Origin: Eledone cirrhosa
Taxonomy: Eukaryota
Direction of reading: 5' to 3'
Assembly (NCBI GenBank): GCA_964016885.1
Contig: OZ024754.1
Span: forward strand, 10,664,001 to 10,728,000
DNA: 64,000 bases
Within the stretch, counting starts at the first letter, position 1. Every line of letters starts with the position of its first letter. The position numbers were made by a program, and so were the translations under genes. Below, in pieces: positions 13,030 through 25,399 of the stretch. The notes under the pieces are model-generated. The model was not told the origin of the DNA. It was given only the letters and a program-made list of their open reading frames with translations, and did not search any database.

Positions 13030-14885
13030 ACCTATCTCATATATGCTACATGTTCCCCTGCCCCTCCCAGAGTTAATCTAGGGACCTATCCTTGTCTCTG
13101 AACCTATCTCATATATGCTACATGTTCTCCTGCCCCTCCCAACCCAGAGTTAATCTAGGGACCTATCCTCGTCTCTGAACCTATCTCATATATGCTACAT
13201 GTTCTCCTGCCCCTCCCAACCCAGAGTTAATCTAGGGACCTATCCTTGTCTCTGAACCTATCTCATATATGCTACATGTTCCCCTGCCCCTCCCAACCCA
13301 GAGTTAATCTAGGGACCTATCCTTGTCTCTGAACCTATCTCATATATGCTACATGTTCTGTCTCTCCCAACCCAGAGTTAATCTAGGGACCTATCCTTGT
13401 CTCTGAACCTATCTCATATGCTACATGTTCTCCTGCCCCTCCCAACCCAGAGTTAATCTAGGGACCTATCCTTGTCTCTGAACCTATCTCATATGCTACA
13501 TGTTCTCCTGTCTCTCCCAACCCAGAGTTAATCTAGGGACCTATCCTTGTCTCTGAACCTATCTCATATATGCTACATGTTCTCCTGTCTCTCCCAACCC
13601 AGAGTTAATCTAGGGACCTATCCTTGTCTCTGAACTTATCTCATATATGCTACATGTTCTCCTGTCTCTCCCAACCCAGAGTTAATCTAGGGACCTACCC
13701 TTGTCTCTGAACCTATCTCATATATGCTACATGTTCTGTCTCCCCCAACCCAGAGTTAATCTAGGGACCTATCCTTGTCTCTGAACCTATCTCATATATG
13801 CTACATGTTCTCCTGTCCCTCCCAACCCAGAGTTAATCTAGGGACCTATCCTTGTCTCTGAACCTATCTCATGCTACATGTTCTCCTGCCCCTCCCAACC
13901 CAGAGTTAATCTAGGGACCTATCCTTGTCTCTGAACCTATCAAATATATGCTACATGTTCTGCCTCTCCCAACTCAGATCAAGGGACCTATCCTTATCTC
14001 TGAACCTAACTCATATATGCTACATGTTCTGCCCCTCCCAACCCAGATCTAGGGACCTATCCCTGTCTCAACCTAACTCATATATGCTACATGTTCTGAC
14101 CCTCACAACCGAGATCTAGGGATCTGTCCTTGTCTCTGAACCTATCCCATATATGCTACATGTTCTCCTGCCTCTCCCAACTGAGATCAAGGGATCTGTC
14201 CTTGCCTCTGAACCTACCCCATATCTGCTACATGTTCTGCCTCTCCCAACTGAGATCAAGGGATCTGTCCTTGCCTCTGAACCTATCCCATATATGCTAC
14301 ATGTTCTCCTGCCTCTCCCAACCGAGATCAAGGATCTGTCCTTGTCTCTGAACCTATCTCATATGCTACATGTTCTGTCTCTCCCAACCCAGAGTTAATC
14401 TAGAGATCAGTCCTTATCTCTGAACCTATCCCATATATGCTACATGTTCTCCTGCCTCTCCCAACTGAAATCAAGGGATCTGTCCTTGCCTCTGAACCTA
14501 TCCCATATCTGCTACATGTTCTCCTGCCTCTCCCAACTGAGATCAAGGATCTGTCCTTGTCTCTGAACCTATCTCATATGCTACATGTTCTGTCTCTCCC
14601 AACCCAGAGTTAATCTAGAGATCAGTCCTTATCTCTGAACCTATCCCATATATGCTACATGTTCTCCTGCCTCTCCCAACTGAGATCAAGGGATCTGTCC
14701 TTGCCTCTGAACCTATCCCATATCTGCTACATGTTCTCCTGCCTCTCCCAACTGAGATCAAGGATCTGTCCTTGTCTCTGAACCTATCCCATATATGCTA
14801 CATGCTTGCTCTTGCCTCTCGTCCACCCACCCTTCCTTTTAGATCTAAGGACCTGTTCTCATCTGCACCTATCCCATATATGCTC
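13030..14885. repeat. ~70-77-bp minisatellite (~25 units, two variant blocks)
   Basis: Unit GAACCTATCTCATATATGCTACATGTTCTCCTGTCTCTCCCAACCCAGAGTTAATCTAGGGACCTATCCTTGTCTCT; GAACC recurs at 13100 and 13177. Confidence 0.95.
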
Positions 14886-15312
14886 ACACTCACTTACTCC
14901 CATTCCCGGAATAAAAACCACTTGGCTTCAGAACCTAAAAAGATGGAATTGTCGGTCACATGTCCAAATCAGGAGTCACACAGCAGTTTTTTATTGTTGT
15001 TTTTTTTGTTTTTGTATGTTTTCTTTACTCTACTTTTTTTGTTTGTATTTAAATAAGGGGGAATATTTCAGTGAAAGTGACAATTGTTTCATAAAAAAAA
15101 AATACAAAAACAAAAAGTAATAAATAAAACAAAAAACTAAAAACAAGTAATCCAAACAGCTGGCATTATTTAATAAGTAAAACATCTCTATTGAATTAAA
15201 TCCAGGAAATTTGATCTATTCAGTAACACTTTCACAAACAAATTATAAATATCTCCCAGTTAAGGACAAATAGACTGCTGAACTATAATTTTCAAGTTAA
15301 TCAAACACACCA

Positions 15313-15868
15313 GCTCTCTCTCTATATATATATACACCTCTCTCTCTGTATATATATATATATACACCTCTCTCTCTATATATATATATATACACCTCTC
15401 TCTCTCTCTCTATATATATACACCTCTCTCTCTCTATATATATATATACACCTCTCTCTCTCTATATATATATATACACCTCTCTCTCTCTATATATATA
15501 TATATACACCTCTCTCTCTATATATATATATACACACCTCTCTCTCTCTCTCTCTATATATACACACCTCTCTCTCTCTCTCTCTCTATATATACACCTC
15601 TCTCTCTCTATATATATATATATACATACACACACCTCTCTCTCTCTCTATATACATATATATATATTTATATATCTATATCTATATCTATATATCTATA
15701 TCTATATATCTATCTCTATATATCTCTATCTCTATATATATATATATATATATCTATCTATATCTATATATCTATCTATATATCTATCTATCATCTATAT
15801 ATCTATCTATCTATATCTATATATCTATCTATCTATATCTATATATCTATCTATCTATATCTATCTAT
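15313..15868. repeat. Compound CAC(CT)n(AT)n repeat followed by (TATC)n
   Basis: Seen directly. Confidence 0.95.
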
Positions 15869-17010
15869 CTCCTTCCAACGGAGGGCTGGGGATGCCGTGG
15901 CTGACGATGCGCAAACACATGCTCAGGCTGTGGCATCTCTACGTATTCCTCACTGGACAACCGGCGTGGGCCCCGTTCGTGAGGCGAGCCTCCCCACGAC
16001 TCATCTCGCTGACCGAGCTGCAGTCCTGGGTCAAGCAAAGACCAAGGAAAATGGGCGACTGGCACATCGAATGTGCTCAGGCGCTCACAGCCCTCTGGCA
16101 GGCGGACCCGGCGATCAGTGGAGACTCCACTTCGTCATTCTATAGAGGGTTGATCCGCAGCAAGTGCGACATTGCGCTCGGAGAAGCTCTAGGCGTAGAG
16201 GAAGACTAACTGGCCAGCCTGTTTGGTAGGACCTTCCACCCGGGACTGATGGACAACTTCCAAAAGTCCCTGGCCTGGCAGTGCTACCGAGGAGCTCTAC
16301 CAGTTCGAGACAAGCTCTACAGACATTTGCACCCGGGAAGGGACCCTTCGAAAAAGATCTGTCCGAGATGCGTGTGAGACGAAGAAACAGTCCCGCACGC
16401 ATTCATACACTGCCCGGGCGTTACCGACCTCTGGGACTATGTAGAACGACTATTGTCGCGGGTGGGTCCAATCCGGTTGACCACCGAGTCCATTGTCATG
16501 ATCAAAACCGCCACCCTCCTTCAAAATCGAAGGAGAGGCGGTTTTCCTTTGTGTGATAGCTATGGCGAAAGAGGTTGTATGGTGGACGAGGTTAGAAGGG
16601 CTGAGGCCAGACACCTTTCTCTCCGGCCAACAACTGATTCTTTTTTTCAAATACCATTTTGGAAGAAGAATCAGGATGGAGAGAGAGGTGCTGTACCCCA
16701 GCAAGTTTTATGAAAGGTGGGTGAAAGTGGCGAGAATGGCCTGAGTGAATGGGCCTTCTCTCTATATCAGCCTGTAGGTTGAGGAAAAGGAGGAAGAGAG
16801 GAAAGAGGTACAAACTCTTCGTACTCCTGAAGATGAGGGTTGCACATTTTTTCGGGTGTATGTGTTACCCATATGAAATGTCTCCCCCTATTGGGGAAAA
16901 TCGATTAACTTTTCAATTGCATTTGTGATAATATTTTACACGTTTTTATTGTATGTAAACTTCCCCCTTTGTAATTGTCCCCTTCTTTTGTGCCCCTGTG
17001 GCTAATAAAC
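15869..17010 (+). mobile_element. 5'-truncated L1/Tx1-clade LINE: degraded ORF2 C-terminus plus 3'UTR
   Basis: My translation gives 'GGLGMPW...', 'QKSLAWQCYRGALPVRDKL' and the CCHC knuckle 'CPRCV*DEETVPHAFIHC', ending 'FYERWVKVARMA*'. Stops and frameshifts are present. The 3'UTR ends in AATAAA. Confidence 0.85.
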
Positions 17011-17036
17011 ATATCTATCTATGTATCTATCTATCT

Positions 17037-17810
17037 ATCATCATCGTTTTACGTCCGTTCTTCCATGCTAGCATGGGTTAGACGGATTGTCCTGTTGTGG
17101 GCAGTGTCTGGTCGGCTGACCATACCTTGCTCATACAGGAACTGATTTTGGCTTGATTTTTACAGCTGGATGCCCTTCCTAACACCAACCTCATTTACAG
17201 TGAGTGCTGGGTGCTTTTTTTCCGTGGCGCCTACATGTCCACTTTGCAGTGTGGGCTGGGTGCTTTTTTTCCGTGGCACCTCCACGACCACTTTGCAGTG
17301 GGAGGGTGTGGGGGGCATATTGTCTATATGCTTCAGCTTGTACCCATGGGAGGTCGGGTACTCTGTATTACTGCGTGACGCCAGAGGTCACGGTCGTGTC
17401 ATCACCTTTGAGAGGTGTAATTGGGTATGGTTTGGTTTTATCACATCATCCCAGGTCTTCTTGGGTCTCCCCACTCCGCAGTTTCCACCGACTTCTAGTG
17501 CTATGCACCTTTTTATGCAGCTGTCATCCTTCATACGCATCACATGTCCATACCAACGCAACCGCCTCTTCTGCACACAGCATTTGATTCCTCTTATGCT
17601 CAGTTTCTCTCTCAATTCATTTATGCTTTGCGGTTCGCGTATATTACTATTACACATCCATCGGAGCATGCAGGCTTCGTTTCTTTCTAATCTACGTAAG
17701 TTTTCCACAGACAGCGCCCAGGTCTCACTACCATGTAATATTGGTGTTCGGATACACACATCATACAGTCTGCCTTTCATTTTGAGGGAAAAGCCTTTTG
17801 CAGCTAGCAG
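17037..17810 (-). mobile_element. RTE-clade LINE 3' fragment
   Basis: ORF 17388-17780 reads 'KGRLYDVCIRTPILHGSETWAL...RRLRWYGHVMRM...GRPKKTW'. The 3'UTR is shared with the 2133-2740 copy. Confidence 0.92.
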
Positions 17811-17886
17811 TGGCAGTATATATATATAAATCTATATATATCTATATCTTTCTATCTATCTATCTATCTATCAATCTATCTATCCG

Positions 17887-17920
<34 letters not shown>

Positions 17921-18689
17921 ACTATCTCTCTCACACACACACACTCACTCACTCACTCACACACTTTTATTATATTTATTTATACTATATATTTGACACT
18001 AGTTTGGCAGCAAGTTACATAGAGGACTATGTCCAAAATAAAGCCTCCAACAAGATATGAAATTATTTGTTTGTTTTAGTAGTTAATTGAGGGAGGGGAC
18101 TCAGGATTCTCACATTAAAAATAACTCATCTCGCTTTGAAGGTGAACATTTTTTTTTTTTTCGTCCTATTGTTTTTTTTTAATGAATATATAACCTTCAA
18201 ACCTATCAGAAATTCTTTTGTTTTTTCTTTTTTTCTTTAGTTAATTGTGTTGGGCAGGGTGGGAACCTACCTACATTTATCTGCTAATCTTTTCAGAAAA
18301 CAATATTTGAAAAATATTTGAGTATTTTTTCTGACCAGCTTATGTTTCCAAAGAGAAATTAACAGACCATTTCATTCTGCGTGGTTAAAATCTGATAATT
18401 TTGTGCCAAAATAGATCACAACTTATTGATCTGAAGATGTTTTGTTTTTTTGTTTGTTTTATTGGGGGGGGGGGGGGGTCACAATCTTCATTAACTGAAA
18501 ATGAATCTATAAAAGACAACTGATTACTTTGATATTAGACATTTTGGATTTAATCTCTTTCTCAAAAGGAATTTATTTTATATAAGCTTAGAATTTCAAT
18601 AAGAAGACAAAATGGGAAGTTTTGATGGCCATGCTATTATGGGGCCATTAGTTATGTAAGCAGAATATTTTCAGCAGGAATTCCAAATG

Positions 18690-19100
18690 CATAACTCAGA
18701 GATCAGAGAGTCACTCCAGGGAGAGCCATTACTTCTCTGAATTGAGAGATCACATCTCTGATACTATGGGCATGTGGTTAGAATGTCTCAGGAAAGAATT
18801 GCTGGAGTCACTCCAGAGAGAGCAGTTACTTCTCCGAATTGAGATATCACATCTCTGATACTATGGGCATGTGGTTAATATTTTACCTGTAAAATCGCTG
18901 GACAGATTTTACAGGTAAAAGCAACCGGCAAGAGACCCAGGGGTTGTCCCCGAGAAAGATGGTTGGATAACATCTATGGGCTTAGCTGGTCATGCTTGGG
19001 GATCCAGCCAGATCAATTGAAGATGGTTGCTTCTGACAGGACTTCCTGAAAAGAGCATTTGAGGACTTTCCACACGACCCTCTCAGGAATAAGTGGCCAA
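18690..19100 (+). mobile_element. Decayed RTE-like fragment with local ~96-bp duplication and a 16-bp hairpin
   Basis: 'YYGHVVRMSQER', 'TGKRPRG..RERWLDNI' motifs. Related fragments at ~12800-12970 and ~27290-27480. Confidence 0.65.
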
Positions 19101-19659
19101 TTAGAAATTATTAAGTTAGGTTCTAAACAATAACTTCAAAATAAGAAAGTTATGTTACTAAATCTCTCCAAACTTATATTCAAAACTATTTAATCATAGG
19201 CAGTACATTTCATTAAAATATGGTAATTAAACAGTCAGACAAGATAATTAAGTTATATATTGCTCAATTAGTTACAAGCTAGTCACACTTTCCCACAACA
19301 TGTAATACTCTGGTTATATTTCAGTACCTATTTTAAATTACATTAATATTACTTACAAAAAATGTAAGTGATACAATGTAATGCCATACATGCATCATGG
19401 TGCCAATTCTGTTTGGCGAGGAGTTTCAAGTACACTATAGTGTCAGGCTCAGTGCATCGTTTGCTAAACTAGACCAAACTAACAATAAGTAATGCTAATC
19501 TGAAACATACACTGAACACTACAAAAACATCACAAGGAATTAGATGTGCATCTCAGATTTTATTCACCAGGAACCCACTACCTACACTAATTACAGACAA
19601 AACAAATTTACTACCCAAATTACATTCCCTTGAGTACATATCCAAGATAAAAATATACC

Positions 19660-19982
19660 TTATATGGATGAACTGAGTGAGAAACTGGATTTAAGAGGAA
19701 TCCGAGGTGGCATGCAAGAAAAAAGACTGTGTAGGTATGGACGTGTGATGCCCATGCCCATAGACAATGATCACTGGGTGAATATGTGCCAAGATATCCT
19801 AGTGGAAAGAAGCCACAGTAAATGTAGACAAAGGAAGACCCAAGCAGACGTGGTGATATCTGATCTCAAATCACAGACTCACATAAGAGATGACAAAGGA
19901 ATATGTTGTTTGAAGAGATGCTGAAAAGGACCCATCGAACCAATGCAAGCGTGGAAAAATGGATGCAAACTGATGATGATGG
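19660..19982 (+). mobile_element. Decayed RTE LINE 3' fragment
   Basis: ORF 'LSEKLDLRGIRGGMQEKRLCRYGRVM...RQRKT'; GATGATGAT tail. Confidence 0.8.
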
Positions 19983-20229
19983 TACCCAGTTCTTACTAAA
20001 ATACCAGGTGTGAAAAATCATGTGTCCTTTCTATCAAACTTTGCTTTAAGCTTGACATTTGCAGCACTCACCAACACAGAAATACACTGAGGCAAATGAT
20101 TGTATAGGATTGGCTGGTCATGTCAATAACCACTTTTTTTCAACCTGAGCAATATCACCCACCGGTAGGCAATTTCAATTGAGTGGACGATGAGCAAGTG
20201 AACAAAAAATGGTGGGTAATTGGAAATTT

Positions 20230-21895
20230 ATCATCATCACCGTTTTATGTCCATTCTTACACGCTAGCATGGGTTAGACAGGTTGTCCTGTTGTGGGCAA
20301 TGCAAGGTCAGGCGACCATGTCTTGTTCATACGGGAACCGATTTGGGCTTCATTTCTACAGCTGGATTTCATTCCTAACACCAACCTCATCTACAGTGAG
20401 TGCTGGGTGCTTTTTATCGTGGCACCTACACAACCACTTTACAGTGTGGACTGTGCTTTTTATCGTGGCAGCTTCACAACCACTTTACAGTGTGGACTGT
20501 GCTTTTTATCGTGGCAGCTTCACAACCACTTTACAGTGTGGACTGGGTGCTTTTTATCGTGGCACCTACACAACCACTTTACAGTGTGGACTGGGTGCTT
20601 TTTATCGTGGCACCTACACAACCACTTTACAGTGTGGACTGTGTGCTTTTTATCGTGGCACCTACACAACCACTTTACAGTGTGGACTGTGTGCTTTTTA
20701 TCGTGGCACCTACACAACCACTTTACAGTGTGGACTGTGTGCTTTTTATCGTGGCACCTACACAACCACTTTACAGTGTGGACTGTGTGCTTTTTATCGT
20801 TGCACCTACACAACCACTTTACAGTGTGGACTGTGTGCTTTTTATCGTGGCACCTACACAACCACTTTACAGTGTGGACTGGGTGCTTTTTATTGTGACA
20901 CCTACACAACCACTTTACAGTGTGGACTGGGTGCTTTTTATCGTGACACCTAAACAACCACTTTACAGTGTGGACTGTGTGCTTTTTATCGTGGCACCTA
21001 CACAACCACTTTACAGCGTGGACTGTGTGCTTTTTATCGTGGCACCTACACAACCACTTTACAGTGTGGACTGTGCTTTTTATCGTGACACCTATACAAC
21101 CACTTTACAGTGTGGACTGTGTGCTTTTTATCGTGACACCTACACAACCACTTTACAGGGTGGACTGTGTGCTTTTTATCGTGACACCTACACAACCACT
21201 TTACAGTGTGGACTGTGCTTTTTATCGTGACTCCTATACAACCACTTTACAGTGTGGACTGTGTGATTTTTATCGTGGCACCTACACAACCACTTTATAG
21301 TGTGGACTGTGTGCTTTTTATCGTGGCACCTACACAACCACTTTACAGTGTGGACTGTGTGCTTTTTATCGTGACACCTACACAACCACTTTACAGTGTG
21401 GACTGGGTGCTTTTTATCGTGGCACCTACACAACCACTTTACAGTGTGGACTGGGTGCTTTTTATCGTGGCACCTACACAACCACTTTACAGTGTGGACT
21501 GTGTGCTTTTTATCGTGGCACCTTCACAACCACTTTACAGCGTGGACTGTGTGCTTTTTATCGTGGCACCTTCACAACCACTTTACAGTGTGGACTGTGT
21601 GCTTTTTATCGTGACACCTTCACAACCACTTTACAGTGTGGACTGGGTGCTTTTTATCGTGGCACCTTCACACCCACTTTACAGTGTGGACTGGGTGCTT
21701 TTTATCGTGGCACCTACACAACCACTTTACAGTGTGGACTGTGTGCTTTTTATCGTGGTATCTACACAACCACTTTACAGTGTGGACTGTGTGCTTTTTA
21801 TCGTGGTATCTACACAACCACTTTACAGTGGGAGTGGGCATACTGTCTATATGCTTCAACTTCGGCTTGTACCCATGGGAAGCCAGGTCTTCTAT
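20230..21895 (-). mobile_element. RTE 3'UTR element carrying an expanded minisatellite
   Basis: The flanks (20230-20400, 21830-21895) match the 3'UTR of the RTE copies at 2133 and 17037. Confidence 0.85.
20392..21830. repeat. 42-bp minisatellite (~34 units)
   Basis: Unit GTGCTTTTTATCGTGGCACCTACACAACCACTTTACAGTGTGGACT(G/T), with 40-bp variants. Confidence 0.97.
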
Positions 21896-21922
21896 GAAGT
21901 TGGGCCTTCTGTATATGTATGC

Positions 21923-21953
<31 letters not shown>

Positions 21954-22538
21954 GTATGAAGGTGAAAGAGGATGGGTGAAATGAATAACATCTAAAAATG
22001 AAGCTACAAGAAAATCCAGTTCATTGCCAAAGTTAATATCTTAATTCCTTTACTCTATAAAACACACTTATAATAAAATAGTCAGTACTGTAAATACAAA
22101 ATGAAAAGTTGAGCTTTCTACACAAATCTGCCTTGTGAGAAAACTATATCTGCCCTCAAGATTTAAACAAAACAATTTACAGTTCATTAATCATGAAAAA
22201 CGAACTCTTTACATATACAGTAAACACAAAGCTAAGTCAGTGGCTATCTCCTGAAATTAAATAAAGCTTTATTCAAAAAATACCACCACTACTAGTTGAG
22301 TAAACAAACAGAAACCAGAGTACACTTCAAGTTAGTAGAAATAAAATGAAACTAGAATGATATATATTAAAACAAGCTGTATGTAGCAATAAGTGGCGAT
22401 GTAGACACTAATAAATGATATCCATATTTCTAGATTTTCTCAGGCTCAGAAGATAATTTTTTTTACCCCTAGAGCTGATGCAACACAACTAAACATTGTT
22501 CTTTAGCCGGGAGGGGCGTACAGAGAGAGAAAATAGCC

Positions 22539-22586
<48 letters not shown>

Positions 22587-22604
22587 GAATAGCCAACATA
22601 TATA

Positions 22605-22898
22605 TCATCATCATCGTTTAGCGTCCATCTTCCACGCTTGCATGGGTTTGGACGGGAGTTTTCCCACTTGAGGCAAGATTTGTTGTCCTGCTCATATAGG
22701 ACTGTCTGGTGGGTTTTCTACGGCTGGATGCCCTTCCTAACACCAACCACGTTTACAGTGTGGGCTGGGAGGTTTTTACCATGTTACCTACACGGCCACA
22801 TTACAGCGTGGACTGTGTTTTATTGTCGTGACACCTACACAACCTCATTTATTTCGGACTGGATGTGTATATATATTCGGACTGTATATATATTCGGA

Positions 22899-22954
<56 letters not shown>

Positions 22955-23570
22955 ATTGCAACATGTGGTTATATATTTGTGTTGCTTATTCATTCTGGAT
23001 ATATAATATATATAAGATATATATTGTGTGTATATATATATATATACATATATCATCATCATCATCATCCTCGTTTAATGTCTAACTTCCACACGAGCAT
23101 AGGTTAGATGGGAATTGCCCAACTTGAGGCAAGATTGGTCAGGTGACTCTCTCGCTTGTATAGGACTGTCTGGCAGGTTTTCTACGGCTGGATGCCCTTC
23201 CTAACACCACCCACATTTACAGTGTGGACTGGGAGCCTTTTTACCGTGTCTCCTATACAACCACTTTACTCCGTGGACTGGGAGCTTTTTATCGTGGCAC
23301 CTACACGACCACTTTAGTTTGGACTGGATGTTCTGTGGTACCAACATAACTTTACAGAGAAAGGGTGGTGTGGGAGGATGGAGTAGGGATAGTGGGTTGG
23401 GGCGTATATTTGGTTAAGAGGTGCCCACAGACTGTAGGTTAATTTTGTACATAGGGAAGGGGGGGGGTCTTCTGTATTACTGCGTAGCACCAAAGAGGTC
23501 TCAATCCAGTGACATTGTCTTAGAGAGGTGTAAATATACAAGGTCAGATTTTATTACGTCGTCACATATA
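22605..23570 (-). mobile_element. Two RTE 3'-end fragments separated by (TA)n
   Basis: Both carry GGATGCCCTTCCTAACACCA and (CAT)n tails (22605-22865 and 23052-23570). Confidence 0.75.
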
Positions 23571-23810
23571 CAAAGGTTGAAAAAGTTTGTCATCCAGTCC
23601 AACGAAACATCCGTTGTAGTAACTGGCCTAATTTTTTATATATATATATTTAATATAGAAATGACTCCTACAGGACTAGAACTGTTTCATTCGGAAGAAA
23701 TCATCAGGGCTATCCCTGTAGAAACCATTTCTATAATAAATATTCATACTCTGCTGTGTACTGAGTACCTTACTTACTGTGGTTACCCCCGATTGAACCC
23801 GACACACACA

Positions 23811-24496
23811 CACACGGCTTAGTGGTTAGAGCATTGGCCTTGCAATCAAAACGCGCGTTCAATTCCCAGACCGGGGTGATGTGTTGTTTCCTTGAGCAAG
23901 ACACTTTATTTCACGTTGCTCCAGTTTACTCAGCTGTAGAAATGAGATGATAGGGACTGGGTTCCCTATCATTCCACTGCAAAGTGGTCGTGGAGGTGCC
24001 ACGGAAAAAAAAGCACCCAGCACTCACTGTAAATGAGGTTGGTGTTAGGAAGGGCATCCAGCTGTAGAAATCAAGCCAGAATCAGTTCCCGTCCCACCCT
24101 TGCAAGCAGGGAAATTCATTCATTCCTTTCATTTTTACGTCCACTTTTTCCCTGCTTGCAAGGGTGGGACGGGAACTGATTTTGGCTTGATTTCTACAGC
24201 TGGATGCCCTTCCTAACACCAACCTCATTTACAGTGAGTGCTGGGTGCTTTTTTGCCGTGGCACCTCCACGACCACTTTGCAGTGGAATGATAGGGACTG
24301 GGGTCCCTATCATCTCATTTCTACAGCTGAGTAAACTGGAGCAATGTGAAATAAAGTGTCTTGCTCAAGGAAACAACACACCACCCGGTCTGAGAATTGA
24401 ACTTACAACCTTTCGATTGCAAGGCCAATGCTCTAACCACTAAGCCATGTGCCTCCAAAAGCGGATGTAAACTGATGATGATGATGATGATGATGA
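23811..24496 (+). mobile_element. SINE family 2 (tRNA-like head, CORE-like middle, RTE-derived tail), split by an antisense copy
   Basis: Head GGCTTAGTGGTTAGAGC. The tail ...GCAAGCAGGGAAA stops at 24114 and resumes at 24457 as AAAAGCGGATGTAAACTGATGATG. Confidence 0.88.
24115..24456 (-). mobile_element. SINE family 2 full-length copy
   Basis: Reverse complement of the flanking copy; the head ends in GCCTCC at 24456. Confidence 0.9.
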
Positions 24497-24959
24497 TATG
24501 GCTACTTATTTATGTATTAGCCACTCAACTATAAAATGGGAGTGGTACCTATTTTTACTAACCACAACAATCCTTTTAAGTTCCTTTTAACTGATTCAAA
24601 TTCTTTCTATAGGTTTTTAAACATTCTATTTATTGATTTATATGTCAATTGTGGATCTGGACCATCTCCCTACTCACTACTTCAGGGAGGAGTTGGCTAC
24701 CCCCAGCAGTGAGTTGGAATGGCTATTTCAACACACCTCCTTTGCCGTCCTCCACAGCAGTGTTCTTCATTCTGTCCACTGGGACCAAAAGGCAGCTTGT
24801 AGGGGTTGCATGCCAGAGAGCGCTCCCCTACACCCTCTGGCCCTGTATCATTGAAGTTGTGATATTTTTTAGTACACTTTTATTTATAATTTCTCTCACA
24901 GATTCCTTCCACAGGGATCCCTTAGAATTTGCATGTCTGTGGAATGCTCAGCCACTTTG

Positions 24960-25278
24960 AAGGCACTCCGTTGGTTATGGCAACTAGTGTTCCAGTTGAT
25001 CCGATCAACAGATCAGTCTGCTCATGGAATTAACATGCAAGAGGCTGAGCATTCCACAGACATACATACTCTATGTAGTTCTCAGGAAGATTCAGTGTGA
25101 CACTGTGACAAGGCTGGTCCTTCGCACTACAGGTAGAACTCATTTTTGCCAGCTGAGTGAACTGGAGCAATGTGAAAAAGTGTCTTGCTCAAGGACACAA
25201 CGCGCTGCCAAGAATCAAACTCATGACCTTACGATTGTGAGCTGAATACCCTAACCACAAAGCCACATGCCTTCACAC
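24960..25278 (-). mobile_element. SINE family 3 (same head/middle as family 2, different tail)
   Basis: Shares CAGCTGAGT..ACTGGAGCAATGTGAAA..AAGTGTCTTGCTCAAGG with family 2. A second copy lies at ~57320-57578. Confidence 0.75.
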
Positions 25279-25399
25279 TTTACTCGACTATTATATGCAC
25301 CATGTCTGTACCAGCAGTCTTCTTTCTAGCATACTACATATGTTTGTTTGTTTGTTTGTTTGTTATCTTCTACCCAGTTTTCCTGTCATGTCTTTTGTC

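Noticed and set aside
18881-18920. Perfect 16-bp hairpin resembling a terminator
   Set aside because: It lies at a rearrangement inside a decayed LINE; intrinsic terminators are not relevant here, and local template switching is more likely.
20183-21991. CRISPR-like or repeat-protein appearance of the 42-bp array
   Set aside because: Head-to-tail units with no unique spacers, no cas genes, eukaryotic context, and open in several frames.
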